From positions 1 through 64,000 of IMG/VR virus record IMGVR_UViG_3300009094_001034: a stretch of DNA of 64,000 bases; one strand, written 5' to 3'. Below, piece after piece: positions 28,081-39,400 of this stretch. Made by a program: the position numbers and the translations under genes. The notes under the pieces were generated by a model. The model saw only the letters and a list, made by a program, of their open reading frames with translations. It was not told the DNA's origin and searched no databases. Positions within the stretch are counted from its first letter, which is position 1, and every line of letters begins with the position of its first letter. Origin of the DNA: a virus.

Positions 28081-28127
28081 GACGGTGGAGGGAAGTACTT
28101 CGACGCTACGGGTCGGGATTCAGACGG

Positions 28128-28793
28128 TCAACGCTTCGGCTCGAAGTGCCGGCTGACCGCGTCATAGAACCGGGTCAGGACAACTGCGAGGCGGTCGGCA
28201 GTCAGCACGTCGCTGGGCTTCGTGTGCTCGGTGTAGATCTTCTCGCGGAGCATCACCGCCCAGGCGTCTTGAAACTCCTTCGATGGCTTCACGGCGGCTG
28301 TGACGGGATCGGAGGGAAGCGCCGGCGCCGTGAGCGGAAGATCGTACGGGCGGTCGACGTACTTCACCATCGCCGACCTGACGGCCGGCGGACCGAACTG
28401 GAAGTGGGGTCGATCGCGGAACGTGCCGCCGAAGTACTTGGGGAAGTCTCCGCCCCAGATGACGCCTGGGATGTTCAGCTTCACGATGGTCTGTCCGATG
28501 GTGTCGTACAGCGGGTCGCTGCCGAGGTACTTCGCGAAATCCTCCGTGAACACGCCGAGGTCCGCCGCACACCCGTAATTGTGAAAGCTGTAGCCGCCTT
28601 TGACATGCGTGACGATGGCTCCCGGTGCAGTACGTCCCTTCGCATAGAGCGCATCCTGCTGCGCCTTCGTGCGGAGGCCCGTCGTGAAACGCGCCCGCTT
28701 CCCGTGTTGGAAAGCGATGCGGTCCGCCTCGTCCTCGATGAAGCGGAACAGTGGACGAAGGGTCGGATGGAGCGCGGCGATGAGGTCGGCCAC
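28128..28793 (-). CDS. Endolysin, M15 (L-Ala-D-Glu) peptidase
   Basis: LRT..QQ.LYA.GRT.PG.IVT, SFHNYG.A.D, WGG, DRPHFQ. Confidence 0.92.
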   Translation of the reverse strand: MADLIAALHPTLRPLFRFIEDEADRIAFQHGKRARFTTGLRTKAQQDALYAKGRTAPGAIVTHVKGGYSFHNYGCAADLGVFTEDFAKYLGSDPLYDTIGQTIVKLNIPGVIWGGDFPKYFGGTFRDRPHFQFGPPAVRSAMVKYVDRPYDLPLTAPALPSDPVTAAVKPSKEFQDAWAVMLREKIYTEHTKPSDVLTADRLAVVLTRFYDAVSRHFEPKR

Positions 28794-28804
28794 GGGGCGA
28801 GGGG

Positions 28805-29161
28805 TTACGAGGCGGGGATGTAGCGGGGCTCCTTCAAGTCTTCGCGGATACCCTTTAACTCTTCCTTGATCTCGCGCTGCGCATCGAGGAACCGCTCTTC
28901 GCGCTTATCGGCATCAGCCTTCGTCTCGAAGACCTGGAGGTTCTGCGTCGCCTGCGCTTGCACGATTCCGCGGAGCTCAACGAGACCTTGCTCGACGTTC
29001 GACGGAAGGCCGACAGCCCAGAGCGTGAACCCCGCGACCGTGGTCACGAGGGCAACAATTCCGATGGTGACTTTGATCTTGTAGTCTATGGAGTCATTCG
29101 CCCGTGGGAGCACGTGCGTGCGACCGGGATGCGCGCCATGACCAGTTGGCGTTTCAGACAT
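28805..29161 (-). CDS. Lysis-cassette membrane protein (TM plus coiled coil)
   Basis: One TM; upstream of endolysin. Confidence 0.55.
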   Translation of the reverse strand: MSETPTGHGAHPGRTHVLPRANDSIDYKIKVTIGIVALVTTVAGFTLWAVGLPSNVEQGLVELRGIVQAQATQNLQVFETKADADKREERFLDAQREIKEELKGIREDLKEPRYIPAS

Positions 29162-29302
29162 TCGGTGTGGGGTGTGCTGTTGCCCTGAACGTAGGGATGG
29201 ATCGGGGTGGCGGTCAATCGTGCCGACCGAACTCTGTTGGCGACGATGTGCGGTCTACTCAGCGGCCGAGCGTTAGACAGTCTCGCGTGCGAGAATCATC
29301 TC

Positions 29303-31042
29303 GTGGAAGCGGGATTTAGGTTCTCTTCTCTTGAGATCCACGATTTTCGTGGCATCCGACAGATGAGTCTCGCCCTGCCGATGAAGGCGCCCGTGTATCT
29401 CATCGGCGCGAACAACTCTGGAAAATCCACTGTGTTGAATGCCGTCGCGCTCGTGCTGCGCGGGGGCGGGTTCCACACGTTCACGCCGGAGCCCTTCGAC
29501 TTCTTCCACGCCCCGGACGGAACGCCAAGCGAGAAGTTCAGCATTGACCTGATTCTGGAGGCGACGGACGGAGCGCTACCGGCCGTGCAAGGTGCGGGCT
29601 CCCCGGTCGATGTGCATCGGATACGCGTGACGGGATCAACAGAGAAGGGCGGCCGGCTGACACATCGCCACGTCCTCACATCGAAAGACGCGAAGCCGAT
29701 TATGTTGTCGCCACGCACACCGTTGAAGGGCGACCTGAAGGAAAAGTACAAAGGCCAGGATGTTGGGTGGACGCAGCGGTATGCACGCCCCGACGACATC
29801 CGGAAGTGCCTTCCGGACGTGTGGCTGGTGACGCCGGAGAATCTCGAACGGTCGCTGTACCACTGGAAGACCGGGCCGCTCATGAAACTGAGTCAGCTCC
29901 TCTCCCGAAGATTCTTCGAGGTGGAGTGGGATTTCGAGCATGACGGCAAAATCAGGAAGATGCCGAAGACGATGGAGAGCGTCCATCGCTTCTTCCGCGA
30001 CGCGGTGGATGCGTTCCCGTTCTGGAAAGACGAGTTACGCCCCCAACTCGAAGACGCGCTGTCGAGGTACCTCGGTCGGCAGGCATCCGTGCAACTGCGC
30101 CCCGACATCCAGGATATCCATGACTGGCTCGCGCAGCAGTTGATGGCATCGTTCGCTGCGGACAGCGGTGGGACAGTGACGCCCCTCGAGCGCATGGGTG
30201 CCGGCTGGCAGGCGCTCGTGCGGGTGGCGGCGCTCGATGTTCTTCGAAAGTACCCGGAGGAAATCAGCGATGACGTGGTCCTGCTCTACGAAGAGCCGGA
30301 GACCTACCTTCACCCACACCTGCGTCGGCGACTGCGCGATGTGCTGGAAGACCTGGCGGGCGGTGGATGGACGGTCATTGCCGCGACGCACTCGCCGGAG
30401 TTCGTGACGTTCGGTGGGAAGCAGCAGATCCATCGTTTGTGGCGCAGCGGCGCGGATGTGATCCCCGGATCGCTCTCCACTGAGAAGGTGGAGCGCGCGG
30501 CGCAGTTCCAAGAGAAACTCGACGAGCACGGCAACCACGAGTTCCTGTTCGCGAGTAAGGCAATCTTCGTCGAGGGGAAGGATGATGCCTTTGCAATCCG
30601 AACGGGACTGCGAAAGCTGGCGACGGATCTCGACGGGAGGGGTGTCAGTATCCTCGGCGTGGGCGGGGTGAATAACCTGCCGGAGTACGCGCGGATGGCG
30701 AGCGAACTGCGCATCCCCTGGTGTGCGATCACGGACGAGGATCTGCTAGCAGATGGGACGGTGAAGCCGGGAACATCCGAGGTGCGAAAGACACTCACGA
30801 AGCGCGCGAAAGCGGGGGACCTACTCGCACAGTGGGATGGTTCGCTCGAAGCGCTCCTCTGTCGAACGGAAGGCAAAGCACACCCTGAGTGGCAGGCGGA
30901 CGAGATCGAACCACTGTCGCTCGAAGAGCTCAGGACGAAGCATCCAACGTTCGTGTCTGAGTGCACGAAAGTCCAGGTTTGGATCGACCAGACCGGGAGC
31001 ACGGTCTCACCAGGATCCAAGACTGAGCACGCATCCGAGTGA
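29303..31042 (+). CDS. OLD-family ATP-dependent nuclease (ABC ATPase plus TOPRIM)
   Basis: IGANNSGKST, MGAGWQ, EEPETYLHP, THSP, VEGKDD, DED; likely start GTG 29303. Confidence 0.9.
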   Translation: MEAGFRFSSLEIHDFRGIRQMSLALPMKAPVYLIGANNSGKSTVLNAVALVLRGGGFHTFTPEPFDFFHAPDGTPSEKFSIDLILEATDGALPAVQGAGSPVDVHRIRVTGSTEKGGRLTHRHVLTSKDAKPIMLSPRTPLKGDLKEKYKGQDVGWTQRYARPDDIRKCLPDVWLVTPENLERSLYHWKTGPLMKLSQLLSRRFFEVEWDFEHDGKIRKMPKTMESVHRFFRDAVDAFPFWKDELRPQLEDALSRYLGRQASVQLRPDIQDIHDWLAQQLMASFAADSGGTVTPLERMGAGWQALVRVAALDVLRKYPEEISDDVVLLYEEPETYLHPHLRRRLRDVLEDLAGGGWTVIAATHSPEFVTFGGKQQIHRLWRSGADVIPGSLSTEKVERAAQFQEKLDEHGNHEFLFASKAIFVEGKDDAFAIRTGLRKLATDLDGRGVSILGVGGVNNLPEYARMASELRIPWCAITDEDLLADGTVKPGTSEVRKTLTKRAKAGDLLAQWDGSLEALLCRTEGKAHPEWQADEIEPLSLEELRTKHPTFVSECTKVQVWIDQTGSTVSPGSKTEHASE

Positions 31043-31050
31043 CATCTCTT

Positions 31051-32883
31051 CTAGGCGTGTGTGATGTACGCACTCTTCACCCATAGGCGGCGCGTCGTAC
31101 TTCCCGTTTCCGTCGTGAGCGTTGTACGGAAGACGTGCTCGGTCGAGGCCGCGGGAACGTTCGTAGAGTGCGTCGCGACAAGTGTTCCGTTGATGTAGAA
31201 GTTGATGTCGGACGCACCCACCACCATGCGGAAGACGTAGACGGTAGCAGCAGCTGGCGTGATCCCGGTGGCCGTTGTCTGTGCGGTCGTTCCATCCTTC
31301 GAGAAGGCGACGAACTGCGTGTCGCCGGCGACGGCCGGAGAGAAGCGGAACCCACACCCGTGGTTCGATGTGTCGACGTTGTAGGGATTCGACGGCCCGA
31401 GGAAGAGTGGCCACATGCGAAGCCCCGTGACGTCGCTCGCACTTGGTCCGGTCTTCGTCGCAACGGAGACATCCGGCAACTGATCGTGGCGACAGAGCGC
31501 CGACGTTCCGCCCCATGAGATTACGTACCTGTTCCCGTTCGTCGTGCCCGTCTCTTCGGCGAGGTACGTACCGCTGCTGTCGGACGCGGGGTTGTTGCCG
31601 AAGTCCGTTGAGATGCTGGGGGCAGCGGCCCCAACTCCTGTGAAGAGCGTAGCCCCGATGGTCGCGACCTGCCACCTCGCCACATACGCCGTCACGGCAG
31701 GCCCGGACGCAGCATCTGCCCACTTTACGCCCTCCGTGACGGAGCTATCGGAGGTGAGTACCTTTCCGTTCGCACCGACAGCAAGACGCACCGGATTTGT
31801 GCCGTCGTCGACGATGAGATCGCCCTTTGTGGTCGTCGGTGAGAGCGCGGCGAATGCCGCGGCGGCAGTCGTCTGGCCCGTTCCCCCATGCGCGATTGCG
31901 GCCGTGCCGGTGATGTTGGCGGCGGTCCCTGTCGTATCTGCTGCGTTGTTCGGGATGTCGTCCGAGACGAGGGATCGGAAGGTCGGTTGTGCAGCGCTGC
32001 CGCTGGTTGGACCGGCGAAGACTTTATTCGCGGCCTGTGTCGCTTTCGAGACCGCGAGCGTGCCCGAGGATGTGATAGGGCTTCCGCTCACCGAGAACTC
32101 GGACGGAACCGTGAGCGCCACGGACGTCACCGTTCCAACGCCACCGCCTCCGGGCGCGACGAGGTGGCCATCGGCGTCGATGATGGTGTCGATGATGGTT
32201 CCCGAGGAATCCTTCGTCACCATCACGGGCTCCGTCTGGCCGGCGCCGAGATGCGCTTCGAGCGTGGCGTATCCAGATGGAAGCGCGGTGGACTTGGCCT
32301 TGAGAGACGGTCCACCCGCTGCCTCAGCGTTCACTGCTGCACGGTTGAGCGCCGAAGGGCTACCTGCGCCGGAGATGAGCTTCGCGTGCACCGCGTATTT
32401 CGTCGCCTGCGCATCGAGGCCAACGGATGTAACGCTGCTCGGGGCTACAGCGTGGAACGATGTCGGCGCATCCGACTTGAACGCCGTGCTGCCGTTCGAG
32501 AAGTCGTGGGCGTGCACGCCGATGGAGTTCACGCCGAGGTTGTCCCCGTGCAGCTCGATACCCCAGGGGTTCGACGCGCTCCCAGCTCCATGCACCTCGA
32601 CCGTCGAGTCCCCGTTGGCGTTGCGCCACTCGGTGAGGGACGTCGTCTGGCCGTCTGGATCAGCAGGAGCGTGCCGGATGACGAGGGGTGTGTTCGTCCC
32701 GTCTGACGTGATGAGGTTCTGGTCGAGTGTGGTCGGCGTCTTTACGACCGCATCGCCGGTGACCGTCGAAAGATCCACCCACTCCGCGGTGCCGTCGAGC
32801 TGTGATACCGGAATCTGATCAGCGTCGGTCGGCTGATTCGTGGCCTCTGTTCCGTTCCACTTCCGGGCGTCAGACTTCGGCAC
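31051..32883 (-). CDS. Tail fibre/receptor-binding protein
   Basis: Last tail gene; GTVTSV, IAHGGTG, KGDLIV repeats; C-terminal beta-sandwich. Confidence 0.75.
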   Translation of the reverse strand: MPKSDARKWNGTEATNQPTDADQIPVSQLDGTAEWVDLSTVTGDAVVKTPTTLDQNLITSDGTNTPLVIRHAPADPDGQTTSLTEWRNANGDSTVEVHGAGSASNPWGIELHGDNLGVNSIGVHAHDFSNGSTAFKSDAPTSFHAVAPSSVTSVGLDAQATKYAVHAKLISGAGSPSALNRAAVNAEAAGGPSLKAKSTALPSGYATLEAHLGAGQTEPVMVTKDSSGTIIDTIIDADGHLVAPGGGGVGTVTSVALTVPSEFSVSGSPITSSGTLAVSKATQAANKVFAGPTSGSAAQPTFRSLVSDDIPNNAADTTGTAANITGTAAIAHGGTGQTTAAAAFAALSPTTTKGDLIVDDGTNPVRLAVGANGKVLTSDSSVTEGVKWADAASGPAVTAYVARWQVATIGATLFTGVGAAAPSISTDFGNNPASDSSGTYLAEETGTTNGNRYVISWGGTSALCRHDQLPDVSVATKTGPSASDVTGLRMWPLFLGPSNPYNVDTSNHGCGFRFSPAVAGDTQFVAFSKDGTTAQTTATGITPAAATVYVFRMVVGASDINFYINGTLVATHSTNVPAASTEHVFRTTLTTETGSTTRRLWVKSAYITHA

Positions 32884-32884
32884 G

Positions 32885-34060
32885 TTAGGCGGTGGTCAGG
32901 GATGGGATGGAGCCGTTCGTGGCGGTCGTCATGAACTCCTCGATCTCCCCGATCGACATCCCGAGCGTCCGCGGCCGGCGATACGGACCCGCTCCGAGCG
33001 TGATCCTGGCGCTGTCCGGCGCGTAGTCCACGCGCGTGAGCGAGTAGATCTGTCCTGTGAGCGCGGGTGCGTTGCGAATCTCGACCGTGTCACCAGGCTT
33101 GAGGCGCTCGATGTCGTACCCGTTCGGGTTCGCGGTTCCATCGAGGACCTGCGTCTCGAGCGTGATGGTGGGCTGTTCGTGCGTGGTGAGGTAGGCGTCC
33201 GCGACGGAGGTTGCGGCGCCTTGTGTATCGACGCGGCTGTCCGTCACGATCTCCGCGCGACGGCCGTACGCGAGTTGTGAGGCAGAAGGTTCCGCTGGTC
33301 GTTCCAGCGCGATGGCCGCGAGGTCGGTGTCCGACATGTTCCAGAAGTACACCGCGTTCACCATGTCCGAGATGTCGTCGGTCTTCGAGACACTCTCGAT
33401 CTCGCGCCCGAGCGTCAGGACGTGGCGCTCTCCCGAGTCGAAGTTGCGATAGCGAAACACGCCGCTTGGATCCACGAACCAATAGAAGTTCCCCGGCCCG
33501 ATCTTCTTCACGCGCCGGATCGCATCCAGATACTTCTCCGAGCCGACTTCGATGGAGACCGTCTTCCCAGACGTCTGCATCGTGTCGCTCTCGGCGTGGA
33601 CGCGCGAGAAGGTTCCCATGTGCTGTGTTGCGCGATTCAGGATGTCGGTGAGGATCGTAGTGACGTCGGTCGTCGTCCACGACTTCGCAGGCGCTGTCGC
33701 ATCGTCCTTGTCCATGAAGAAGTCGCGGGCGAGCTGCGACGCGTACGGGGTCACGGAGACATCCACACGGTCTCCCGCGCCCGCGCCGACGGTGCGGTGG
33801 ATGCGTTCGATCCATCCGGCGTGAATCAGGACGCCTTCGGGCGCGTCGTCGTCGATGCAGTACGTCTTCACCTCGAACCCGAGTTGGAGGCCGACGATCA
33901 CATCGTCGAAGCCGGCTGCCAGTTGCAGCTCGAGCGGTCCGATCGATCCGTCGACCTCCATGGAGAACGACGGCTGCGACAGGATCGCGGTGGCCGATTC
34001 CGCACCCCAGGTATCCACGTGGACGGCTCCGTTATAGACGCGGTACAGGTAACGCTTCAC
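32885..34060 (-). CDS. Baseplate hub/Tal-like tail protein
   Basis: Position after Dit; YG.R..IV.D, LKPGDTV motifs. Confidence 0.65.
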   Translation of the reverse strand: MKRYLYRVYNGAVHVDTWGAESATAILSQPSFSMEVDGSIGPLELQLAAGFDDVIVGLQLGFEVKTYCIDDDAPEGVLIHAGWIERIHRTVGAGAGDRVDVSVTPYASQLARDFFMDKDDATAPAKSWTTTDVTTILTDILNRATQHMGTFSRVHAESDTMQTSGKTVSIEVGSEKYLDAIRRVKKIGPGNFYWFVDPSGVFRYRNFDSGERHVLTLGREIESVSKTDDISDMVNAVYFWNMSDTDLAAIALERPAEPSASQLAYGRRAEIVTDSRVDTQGAATSVADAYLTTHEQPTITLETQVLDGTANPNGYDIERLKPGDTVEIRNAPALTGQIYSLTRVDYAPDSARITLGAGPYRRPRTLGMSIGEIEEFMTTATNGSIPSLTTA

Positions 34061-34063
34061 GAG

Positions 34064-36424
34064 CTAGAGGTAGGTGGGTTGGGTGGCATCGAGCACGGAC
34101 CACGGCGTGCTCGTGTCCGACGTCGGATTGTTGCCTTCAAAGACCGCGTAACCGTAGTTGGATGACGTGCTCCACGTACCGGAGCTCGCCGCGGACGTCT
34201 TGAGCGTGAGCTTCCCGCCGGACCCGGACCCATACGGGATGCGCCACGTCTGGAAGAGCGTCCCACCCGTGGAGGCTTCGAAGACGAGCGCGTACGTGGT
34301 CGACGCGGACACCGGGATGTCAGCGGCCCAAGGGATCTCGATGGGGGTGAGCGATCCGTTGTACCCCTCCGCCGCGGTGCCGGTGATGTAGGAGCGGATG
34401 TCTTCCTTCGCGATCGTTACCCGCGCATCGTTCCCGTTGATGTCGTCCACGATCGTCGATGTTGGGTTGCCGCCCGACGTCGTGCGGAGACTCACGATGA
34501 AGTCTCCCGTGGAGAGGGTTCCGTCCGACAGCAGCCCGGGAATGCGTGCAACGTAGATGAGCGTGCCGCGCTGCCGGATGTAGGTGTTCGCGCCCGAGGA
34601 GAACGTGAGCGCGGCGCGGATGCCGTCCGCGCCTCCCGTCCCGCCACCGACCGCCTGGTAGTCCGTGATGGAGTCAGTGTCGTAGAAGCTGTAGGCGCCG
34701 ATGAACGACGCGGGCATGTAGACGGCTGCGGTCGCAACGCCGGACGTGAAGCGTGGGAAGCTGCCACGGGTCGCTCGCACGTCGTCGCCGGACACCGTGA
34801 TCGTGCCGGAGTCGACGACGAGTTTCGTCGTGCTGTTCGGGTGCACGTCTGCGGTGAGGAGCGAGGACCGCCCCGTGGTCGCATCGATCACTTCGAGGTG
34901 CGCGCAGGAAAGTGCGGAGAGGTCCGACCAGAGACCCAAGTAGCCGGCGGCGGTGCGTGGCGTGGCCCCCGATGCGAAGAGCGTCCAATCATCATCCGCG
35001 GTGCGCTTGTAGTAAGCGCGAAGCTGTGATCCGGTGAACCGGAGGCGGAGCCACACCCAGCCATCGAGATCCGTCACCGCGAGAGTCCGGTAGAAGCGGT
35101 CGTCATCGCGCACGGTGACGGCGTTCGGCGCGAGTTCCATGCGGACGTGCGCCGTGTCGGTGGGACTCGATGCGTTCACGCACCGAGCGATGATGCCGAC
35201 GCTGCCGGAGCTCGGCTTCTTGAGATAGGCGATGATCTCGCCGTCGCGGACGGTCGTGTTGGTGACGATGGCGGTGGCATCCGTCGCCGCGGCGTTCGTT
35301 TGCTTGAACGCTTTCAGGTACGCATCGGACGCGGCGATGTCGAACGTCCCGTCCTGCAGCGTGTACACCGCTTGCGCTGCGGCGATGTTCGCGTAGGACG
35401 CGAACGTGTCGGTGAAGTGATCCGCGACGCAGATGCGCGCCGGGTTCATCGTGCCTCGGTTGATGTGAAGCTGGACACCCTGCGGTCCTGAGCCGGCGAG
35501 GTGGAGCGGCACGAACTGGTGTGCGAGCGTCGATGTTGGGAGTGTGCGGCGGGTCGTCGAGAGTGATGCTCCGGCGCCTTCGGCGCACGTGAGTGAGAGG
35601 TGGAAGCGGCACCATGTGTTGTGGAAGTGCTCGCGCGGAAGATCGAGCGGCGCGGAGATGGTCACGTCGTACGCGCGATCATCGGCCGTCGTGACGACGC
35701 GCAGGTCATCGAAGGTGACATCGACCGCGGTCGCGTTCGATCCCGTGACGGTGAGTGAGATCGAGGTGATGGAGGAGAGCGACGGTGCGCCCGTTGCAGT
35801 CATCGCGCTGATGACTGCCGAGAGATCGTTCGCGCCCGTGGTGAAACCCGAGCTCCACGTCTGCACGTAGGTGTTGCCAGGAGACGTCTGGAGCGTGAGC
35901 GCGATGGACGTGAGGAAGGATGCATTCGAGATGTACGCCCGGAGCTTCGCTGTGTCGGACGTGGCGAACGAGGAGAGGTCATGCGTTGCGGTCCACGTCG
36001 TGGTCTGCGCGCCGGTCCCTGTTGAAGCGGACACTTTGCGCCCGCGCGTGCCGTAGCTGTAGTTCGTCGCGTCGACGGACCCGCCGCTCCACGCCTCGCC
36101 CTCTTCGAAGGTCGCTGTGCGGCGTTCAAGCGTCCCGTAGTCCGTGATCACGAGCTGACCTTGTGAGACTGCGAAGAGCTGCTTGAAGGCGTCGAGCTTC
36201 TGTTCGAAGTCGGCCATCGATGTCCCAACAATGGCGCCGTCGAGTGTGATCGGTTTGCCTCGGAAGCGCTGCTGGTGAAAGGCCGTGCCGTCGCCTCGCG
36301 CGATGGGGGATGCGGCGTACTCCACCTCCGGTGAGCTGTCGTGCTGGATGCGCGACACGATGATGCCGCTCGTGCCGTCGAACGTGTTGATAATCGATCC
36401 GTTGTAAGAGTACGTGCGGCTCAT
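34064..36424 (-). CDS. Distal tail (Dit) protein with inserted domains
   Basis: Follows TMP; ARGDG...KPITLDG N-terminus; 786 aa, S/T-rich insertions. Confidence 0.65.
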   Translation of the reverse strand: MSRTYSYNGSIINTFDGTSGIIVSRIQHDSSPEVEYAASPIARGDGTAFHQQRFRGKPITLDGAIVGTSMADFEQKLDAFKQLFAVSQGQLVITDYGTLERRTATFEEGEAWSGGSVDATNYSYGTRGRKVSASTGTGAQTTTWTATHDLSSFATSDTAKLRAYISNASFLTSIALTLQTSPGNTYVQTWSSGFTTGANDLSAVISAMTATGAPSLSSITSISLTVTGSNATAVDVTFDDLRVVTTADDRAYDVTISAPLDLPREHFHNTWCRFHLSLTCAEGAGASLSTTRRTLPTSTLAHQFVPLHLAGSGPQGVQLHINRGTMNPARICVADHFTDTFASYANIAAAQAVYTLQDGTFDIAASDAYLKAFKQTNAAATDATAIVTNTTVRDGEIIAYLKKPSSGSVGIIARCVNASSPTDTAHVRMELAPNAVTVRDDDRFYRTLAVTDLDGWVWLRLRFTGSQLRAYYKRTADDDWTLFASGATPRTAAGYLGLWSDLSALSCAHLEVIDATTGRSSLLTADVHPNSTTKLVVDSGTITVSGDDVRATRGSFPRFTSGVATAAVYMPASFIGAYSFYDTDSITDYQAVGGGTGGADGIRAALTFSSGANTYIRQRGTLIYVARIPGLLSDGTLSTGDFIVSLRTTSGGNPTSTIVDDINGNDARVTIAKEDIRSYITGTAAEGYNGSLTPIEIPWAADIPVSASTTYALVFEASTGGTLFQTWRIPYGSGSGGKLTLKTSAASSGTWSTSSNYGYAVFEGNNPTSDTSTPWSVLDATQPTYL

Positions 36425-36433
36425 GGCGGGTGG

Positions 36434-39400
36434 TTAGGCGGGAAGTCCGGTGCGGACGCGGCGAAGTTCGTTGGCCAGCGCACGCGAGACACGCTCCTGG
36501 ATCGCGTGGAGGTCGTGTTCCGAACGGATCACGGGGTTGTGGATGTTCACGATCGTCGTTCCACCGCCGTTTGCGCGATGGCGCGGATCATCGCGACGCA
36601 GCACCTCTTCGCCAGGCGTGAGCATCGCGGGAACCGTGTCTCGGTATCCGATGCCGGGGACGACCCCGCCGCGAGCAAAGTGGTTAAAGTCGAAGGTCTC
36701 CCGTGCCCACAGGTCGGCACCTTGCGCAGCGAGCTTCCACCCGCTACTACCCCAGTCGGCGCCCTTGATCTTGTCGATGAAGCCATTCGCGGCATTAACC
36801 GTTACCTCGCCAGCCTTGATCTGGACGTTCTGGGCTTCGGCTTGAATGACCTGGGCACGACCCCACGGCGTGCCCAGGACATTGCTGGCCCCATCTTCTG
36901 CAGCATTCATGTCGTCGAATGCCTTCTTCAAGTCGTTCAGGTCTTTGATGCGCTCGTTGTTCGGACCGAGGAGCGACACGAGCATCGAGCCAGCGCGCTG
37001 CCCCATGAAGTCGAAGGAGTCGGCGACCGTCCAATTGGATGACGCCATCTCGTTCAGGATGGCGATCTGGCTCTTCAACGGCTTCTCCATTCCCTCGAAC
37101 CGGAGTTCCAGCTTGGAGATCGAATCCTTCAAGAACTCGGACGACTCGGTAGCGTTGTCTTGCTTCTCCTTGTAGGCATCCATCGTCTCGCTGGCGTCCT
37201 TGATCGCATCGTCGTAGCCGCGAACAACCGCTTTCTGGTCGTCTTGGGCCGATTCAAGCTCTCCCACCCTCGCAGCAAAGAGTCGGCCCTCAGCGCCGAG
37301 ACCAGGCAGCCTGCCAAGGATTGCGGCGGCGGATTGTTCGGGTGCGGTGATTCCAGCCGCTTCGGCCGCTGCTCGCTGCGCCTTCTTGATCGCGAGGAGG
37401 TCGTCACCGTACGTGACATCACGCTCCAGTCCCTTCGCTTGGGCGGCGCGTCGGAGGGCATCCACGCGCTGCTTCCCCCCTGCCTCTCGCTCCTGAGCTG
37501 CGGCGAGCTGCGGCCCGAGCCGCTGGGCCTCGGCGATCGCGTCCTGCACGTTCATGGGTGTGCCGCCGGCCTTGAGGGCGTCGTCGATGCCGCGTCGTGC
37601 GGGATCGAAGGCGAGATCCTTTTCGAGGTTCACGATCGAGAACTCGCGCTGCAGTCCGGCGATGCGACGAGAGAGCGCGTTCTGTTCGAAGAGCTGGTGC
37701 GGCGCGAGCTTCAGCTTCTCAAGCTCGAACCGCTTCATCTGCTGCTGGATCTGGAACGCGCGATCGTTGTAGGCGCGTTCGCCCACGAGTTCCGCGCTCT
37801 TCAACTCCTGGAGCCGCGTCTTCAGCTCGGAGGCCGTGCCCGCGGAGTGCTTCAGTGAATCGCCGAACTTCGCGCCAGCCTCGGCGCTGCGGAGCAACTG
37901 CAGTTCCTCGCGCTTCGCCGCCATTTCGAGCCGGGCAACTTCGTCATCAAACGCATCCATGCCGGAGATGCGCGGATTCGCAAGTTGTTGGATCTCGTTG
38001 CGGACATCGCCAAGGTGCGCCTTCGTCGCCTGCAGCGCTGCCGTCGTTTCCTCGAGCTGATCCCTGAACGCACCCTGCTGATCTTTCAGATCATCGACGT
38101 CTCCAGCTGCTGCCTTCGCGAGCGCGCCGTACGACCGCATCTCAGCGCTCGCGTGCGCCTGTTCGCGATCGAGGTCGACAAGCTGTTGCTGCATTTCCTG
38201 CGTCGCTCGGGCGTTCTCTTGCATGTTCCGGAGCGTCGATCCGATCTCCGATCCAACCGTCGATGCCGCGCGCCCGAGCGAGCCAGGGACCTGTCCGCCG
38301 AACCTCCCGATGGTGTCCGCTGCACCGATGCCGGCGTCGAAGGATTCCGGGGTCTGGTAAATATTCACGCCGCGCCGAGCAAGGGTCGCGAGCTCCGAGG
38401 CCTTCGGGGCGTTGATCGCGCTGAAGAAGCGGCGCTGGAAGGTCGCAGGGCGGTCCCCCGAGACGCCGAGCGCCTTGAGCCGGGCCAGCACCGCAATGTA
38501 GTCCTCATACGCAGTCCCAGAGGCTTTGGCTGTCGATCCCGCGTCCCGCAGCGCCACCTGCATCTCTTGGGCGGTGAGGCCCGTTTCGCGGAAGGCCACG
38601 GTGACGGCGTTTGCCATGCGCTCCGTCTCCGAGAGAGGAAGATTGAACTGGTCCATCGACTCGGCGACGGTGTCCGCAACGTCACCCAGATCCTGCATCG
38701 TCGCAGTGGCCGCAAGGAGGATCGGCGAGAGGTTCTCCTTGGTCATCTGCGCGACGTCGAAGCCGGAGTCGCGGAACTTCTCAATGGCGTTGATCGTCTC
38801 GTCGGCGTTGAAGATCGTGCCCTTCGAAGCGCCGAACGAGAGGTCCGAAAGGAATGCTCGCGCGCCGCCGAAGCCACCCTTGTGCTCCTGGATCGACATC
38901 GCGACCTGCGAGAGGTCCTTGTCGAAGGTCAGTCCTTCCGAAACGGTGTCCTTCAGGAGTTGCCAGCTCTTGTAGAGGATTGCGACGCCCCCGGCGACAC
39001 GCGTGAGAGTGCCGAGCATGGACTCCTGCTTCGCTTCGGCGCCCTGCGAAGCCGTATTCACCTGATCAAGTGCGGTGCGGAAGTGCCCGAGCTCGTCCTT
39101 CGTCGCGCGATAGACCGACTGCAGTTCGCGAACGGTGGTGCCCTGCGTCTTCGCGGAAATCGCGAACGCATCGACGCCGGTCTTCGCGTCGGACATCGCG
39201 GCGCGCACTTGAAGCGTGGCCTGCGCAAACTCCTTCCCGGTGACGCCGTTGGCACGCAGTTGCTGCTCGGCCATCTTGAGCTGGTTCTGCATGGCCGTGA
39301 AGTTGCCCTTCAACTCCGCGGCGGACTTCGCGATCTCATCTTGGGAACCCTCGGCGGTCTTGAAGAGCTGGCGGAGGGTTTGGTTCAGCTTCTCAACCGC

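Noticed and set aside
29207-31042. Gabija or retron-associated OLD
   Set aside because: No UvrD-like helicase or reverse transcriptase nearby
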